Of a stretch of 64,000 bases of DNA, positions 60,513 to 64,000 are shown in pieces. The notes under the pieces are model-generated. The model did not search any database. It was given only the letters and a program-made list of their open reading frames with translations, and was not told where the DNA came from. Position 1 is the first letter of the stretch; every line of letters starts with the position of its first letter. The DNA is taken from the NCBI GenBank assembly GCA_963575745.1, contig CAUYUJ010000270.1, positions 186,001-250,000 of the forward strand, written 5' to 3'. Source of the DNA: Prorocentrum cordatum. Lineage: Eukaryota. The position numbers were made by a program, and so were the translations under genes.

Positions 60513-63321
60513 TCACGGTAAAGGGCTCAGGAAATTGTTGAGGCCAAATGTTGCGATCAAATTGAAAGACCGAATGCACCGATGAGGAAATGTCATAGCG
60601 TGGGCGTGCTCAGCTACATCCCTCAAGACTTTATTCAGACCCTCGTCAACGAAAGTTGAATACCATCTTGGGTTCCCGTGGAACCTGATCCTCAGGAGTT
60701 TGACTGAGCAACACAATTAAGGAGATGAGACAGAGGGGGACTGACAGAGGGAAAGGCTAAACAGGAAAGCGTGAGAAGGGGGCTTGGAGGAGGGGGAAGG
60801 AGGAAGGAGGAAGAAGAAGGAGGAGGGGGAAGGAGGAGGGGGAAGAGGAAGACAAGGCATGGTGAAGAGATCTATGCGCAGGGGGTGCCAATGATTCTGC
60901 GACGGGGGCGGGGGCGGGGTGGCACCGATCCCTCTCTAGACACAAGGGCCCAGGGGGTGGGGGCTCCTGAAATCATGCGATTCTCTGGACCCCTGCGGGT
61001 TACCCGTCTAAGTTTCCAGAAGCTCTCGTTCCGGACCCCCCCCCCAGGTCCCCCCCATCTAAGGCGCCCCCTTTTCCAGCCACCCCCCTATGGTATTTGT
61101 GAAGCCCCCTTTGCCCCGAACCGCGCGACGCCGTCGCACGGGCAGACGAGAGAGGGTCATCAGAAAGGATTTTGGGATCAGAAGCTCTTCATGATTCTTA
61201 CATTTTCGCTATCTAGATCACTCTCTGATTCTATGCGTGGCCCTCTCCCCACTCCCTCCTGCCTCCCTCCTCCTCCTCCTCCTTCTCCTCCTCCTCCTCC
61301 TCCTCCTCCGCCTCCCCACTCCTACCTTCGCTCCTCCTCCCTCGCCACCCATCCTCCGGGCGCCAGGGGATTCTGGAATGGACCAACCTGACTGCATTCA
61401 TTTCAACATCCCGCGGGGTTGTCCGCTGCGCCGCGTGGACGGCGAAATGGAACTTCGGGGTAAAGTGAACCTGTGCCGTTTCGCATCGGGCCAGCGTTGC
61501 GACCATGAGATCAAACAGCGCTTGTAATTTGCTCTCCGCCACAACCGGGCCCTCGTCTTTCAGTATGTTCATGTATTCGATCATACATTCGCCAGCAACT
61601 CTGAGGTCTGTACCGAATGGGATGTCCGCGTTGTGTTTTTTGAGTAAGTCCACAGCAAATTGAAGCAATATCCATGTCTCATACGCTTTCGTCTTCGGGG
61701 GCTGCCCTGGGTGTGGATTGGTTTCGTTGTCCTCGTAATCCCCGAGCTCTCCCAACATTTTTGGTGTGAGGTCGCTTAGCCTGTCTCCGTGAGGGATACC
61801 AGCACGTTCGAAAAACTCAAACATAGATGCTTTCAGATGCCTGTAACCGATGTTCATAACTGTTTGCTTGTTTCCATGGATTTTCCCAGGGTTGTGGATG
61901 AGGATCCGCAATAAGATTGCTGATGCGAGTCTGCCGAATACGCCCAAATACAATGTACGCAATGCGTCAACAGCCACAATAGTTGATGGAGCGAGGCCCA
62001 ACCGTAAATCGAATATGGGGTTTCTCCAAATAGCAGGGCCTGCTACTTTGGTTCCGTCATGCCCGAATGCCCGCCTCCAAAACGTCACCGTCACAGGTAA
62101 GGGGGTTGTGTCTAAGTCCCCAATGTTTAAAAGGGTCGCGCTTGGGACGAGGACATCTTTTGCTTTGAGGTTCCAGCAATCTGATATCAGTGTCCGCCCC
62201 CATTCTTTTGGCCCCTTCTTGTACTGCAATTTGCCCAAGATGAGTGATCGATCAGCCTCCGAATTCAGGGTCACGTGTGTTTCGCATTGCTGGCAAAACG
62301 ATTCGTATTCGCGATGGTCCCTGGGTGCCCAAGGTAGACGTGCCAATTGAAGTAGGTCGGTGAATGCATGCATGTCTTCCGATGTACATTTGCACAACGA
62401 GCACGGCGAGCACGATGAGTTCACACTGGGGAGCCCGTGAGTGCGCAACGCGCCGGCCCAGTCTAGCTTTAGCCATATCACGCACCCTGTGAAGCCCAAT
62501 GCCCCCCCTTTCGATTTTGACGCACGATCCAATGAGTGGCCGTCAGGGATTAGGTCACCATTGTAACGATGTGTCGGTCGGACACCATCGGCCAACACTC
62601 CTATGCACCACCTCAGGTAAGTAAGGATGGGGTACACACTGCACCACCCCCTGCACCCACAAGAACACGCACCTCGCGACCGCAAGGTTGTGATGAGAGT
62701 TCGCTTCCGAGTGAGCACGTTCGTGCACCAAAAACCCAACACTGTATCTGGGTTGGATGATGTCATTGAACTGAAGCGAACTGCATCCGTGTAAATCGCA
62801 AGCGGCACTGGGAGATCGGCGCCACTCCTTTGGGCCCGTTTTACAAGCGTGTGTTCCCAGTAAACGTCTGGAAGTTTTGTGTCGGGGCCGACGGTGCACG
62901 TGTCCTTGTCTTTGGAGATCGCTTCAGCAAGGGCCTCGTGAAGTAGGGTTGCCTCTGTTTGTAATTCACTCCTGGATCCAGTGTGTTTGTCCGTGGTGGG
63001 GTAGTTAATCACATCAACCATTTCTGGGCATGGCATCGCTTCGTCTAGGTCCCTGCTATACCTCCCCGTTTGCAAGCCAGGCGGGCGCGCATATTTGTGA
63101 AAGTCCCCCCCCAAGACCTCAGCACGGTCGCACCAGTGACACAGGATGCATGTATCTGCAGCAGAAAGTTTCCCGATCGCGTAAAGTTCTTTGATCTTTT
63201 GAAGTAGGTTGTGTCCAGCATCCCTCTGTCGTTGCAACCTCGCGTCGATCTCCTCCTGGGTACTAGCTGGCGGCTGGAGTATCGTTGGTTGGGTCCGACG
63301 CCGTTTGGGACGTGCCTCCAT
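60513..63321 (-). CDS. DDE transposase of CMC (CACTA/Mirage/Chapaev)/Plavaka-like type; model join(63321-61424, 60690-60513), ~691 aa
   Basis: Motifs in order: PLAIYTDAV (D1), KLDWA (D2), PCSLCKC, VDALRTLYLGV (DxLH..LG-like), PKFHFAVH. After a predicted 733-bp GA..AG intron the protein continues IRFHGNPRWYSTFVDEGLN (E). The splice restores the frame (CG|G = Arg). Confidence 0.75.
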
Positions 63322-64000
63322 GGAACCATGATGTGGCAGGGGTGGCAAACAAACAAACTGGATTGAGAGGGGCAGCTCGATGGGGACGCATCGGAAACGA
63401 GCGATACGACGACGATGGGCGGGATGATACGAAGGGAAGGTTACAGGTAGGGAAACTGGAAGACATGAGCACCGATCACGATGAAAACGAGGAATGATAA
63501 GGGGTTGTGCGTGTAGAGGCGTGCGAGCAGAAGGATGAATATAACCCGCGCAAGTGCTACAAGCCTTCGGAAACACAGCGTGAACTTAAGATCACAGTGG
63601 CGCACCCCCCCCCCCCCTGAGCTCGCGAGTCAATTCGTCCAGAGGTCCTGCCGTTCTCTTTCTGTCATGCTCTGTCTTTCGAACGTTCAAGGGTCTGAGG
63701 GCGAGTACAAAGCCCTGGGGCCGACACTGTGTCTCGAAGAAGGTCGACATCGAAGCAAACTCGGTACCAGGACCTGACCCAGAGACGACTGAGGGCCCGA
63801 TCGAACAAAAGGGACAGAAACCACGGGGTGCAATCCTATTGAGCTGCGAGTCGCATGAGACCAGTCCACAAACGATGACGATGACGCCTGAGGTGATGAT
63901 GACGCGATTCCATCTCCAAAAAAGGGGAGATGCTGCATCATGTCCTGGCGCTCGTTCAAAAGGATACTAACTGGTCGTTGTGCGTACTAGTACTGCTACC

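Noticed and set aside
61231..61423. Glu-rich C-terminus of the 781-aa ORF
   Set aside because: Read-through into the predicted intron, which contains a (CCT)n tract. The catalytic C-terminus is in the exon at 60690-60513.
59100..63600. CACTA/CACTG terminal inverted repeats for the transposase-DNMT unit
   Set aside because: CAGTG at ~63595 has no convincing inverted partner near 59000-59320. The ends are undefined and may lie outside the window.

Overview
GC-rich, repeat-dense eukaryotic DNA, most likely from a dinoflagellate. The inference rests on relics of the dinoflagellate spliced leader (DCCGTAGCCATTTTGGCTCAAG), predicted GA-AG introns and dinoflagellate-type transposon proteins. No complete host gene could be modelled. 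Main content: (1) a ~10 kb Ty1/copia-type retroelement (7642-17574, +) with gag zinc knuckle, protease, a C5-cytosine-methyltransferase-like domain, integrase, RT and RNase H. It also carries two accessory ORFs overprinted on the pol frame, the longer one preceded by a spliced-leader-like 23-mer. (2) At the right end (minus strand), an intron-containing DDE transposase of CMC/CACTA/Plavaka type, followed 26 bp later by an intron-containing C5-methyltransferase-like gene, i.e. a candidate DNMT-carrying DNA transposon. (3) A decayed APE-type LINE (minus, ~35450-40550) with a tandemly duplicated endonuclease region, SL relics at its 5' end and an apparent A>G/T>C decay bias. (4) Four copies of a ~1 kb non-autonomous Helentron-like element with subterminal inverted repeats and a covarying 3' hairpin; two of them form a large inverted repeat around a minisatellite. 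(5) Nested foldback structures, minisatellites and many microsatellites, which generate most of the ORFs in the track. All family assignments come from motif recognition by eye; no database search was run.
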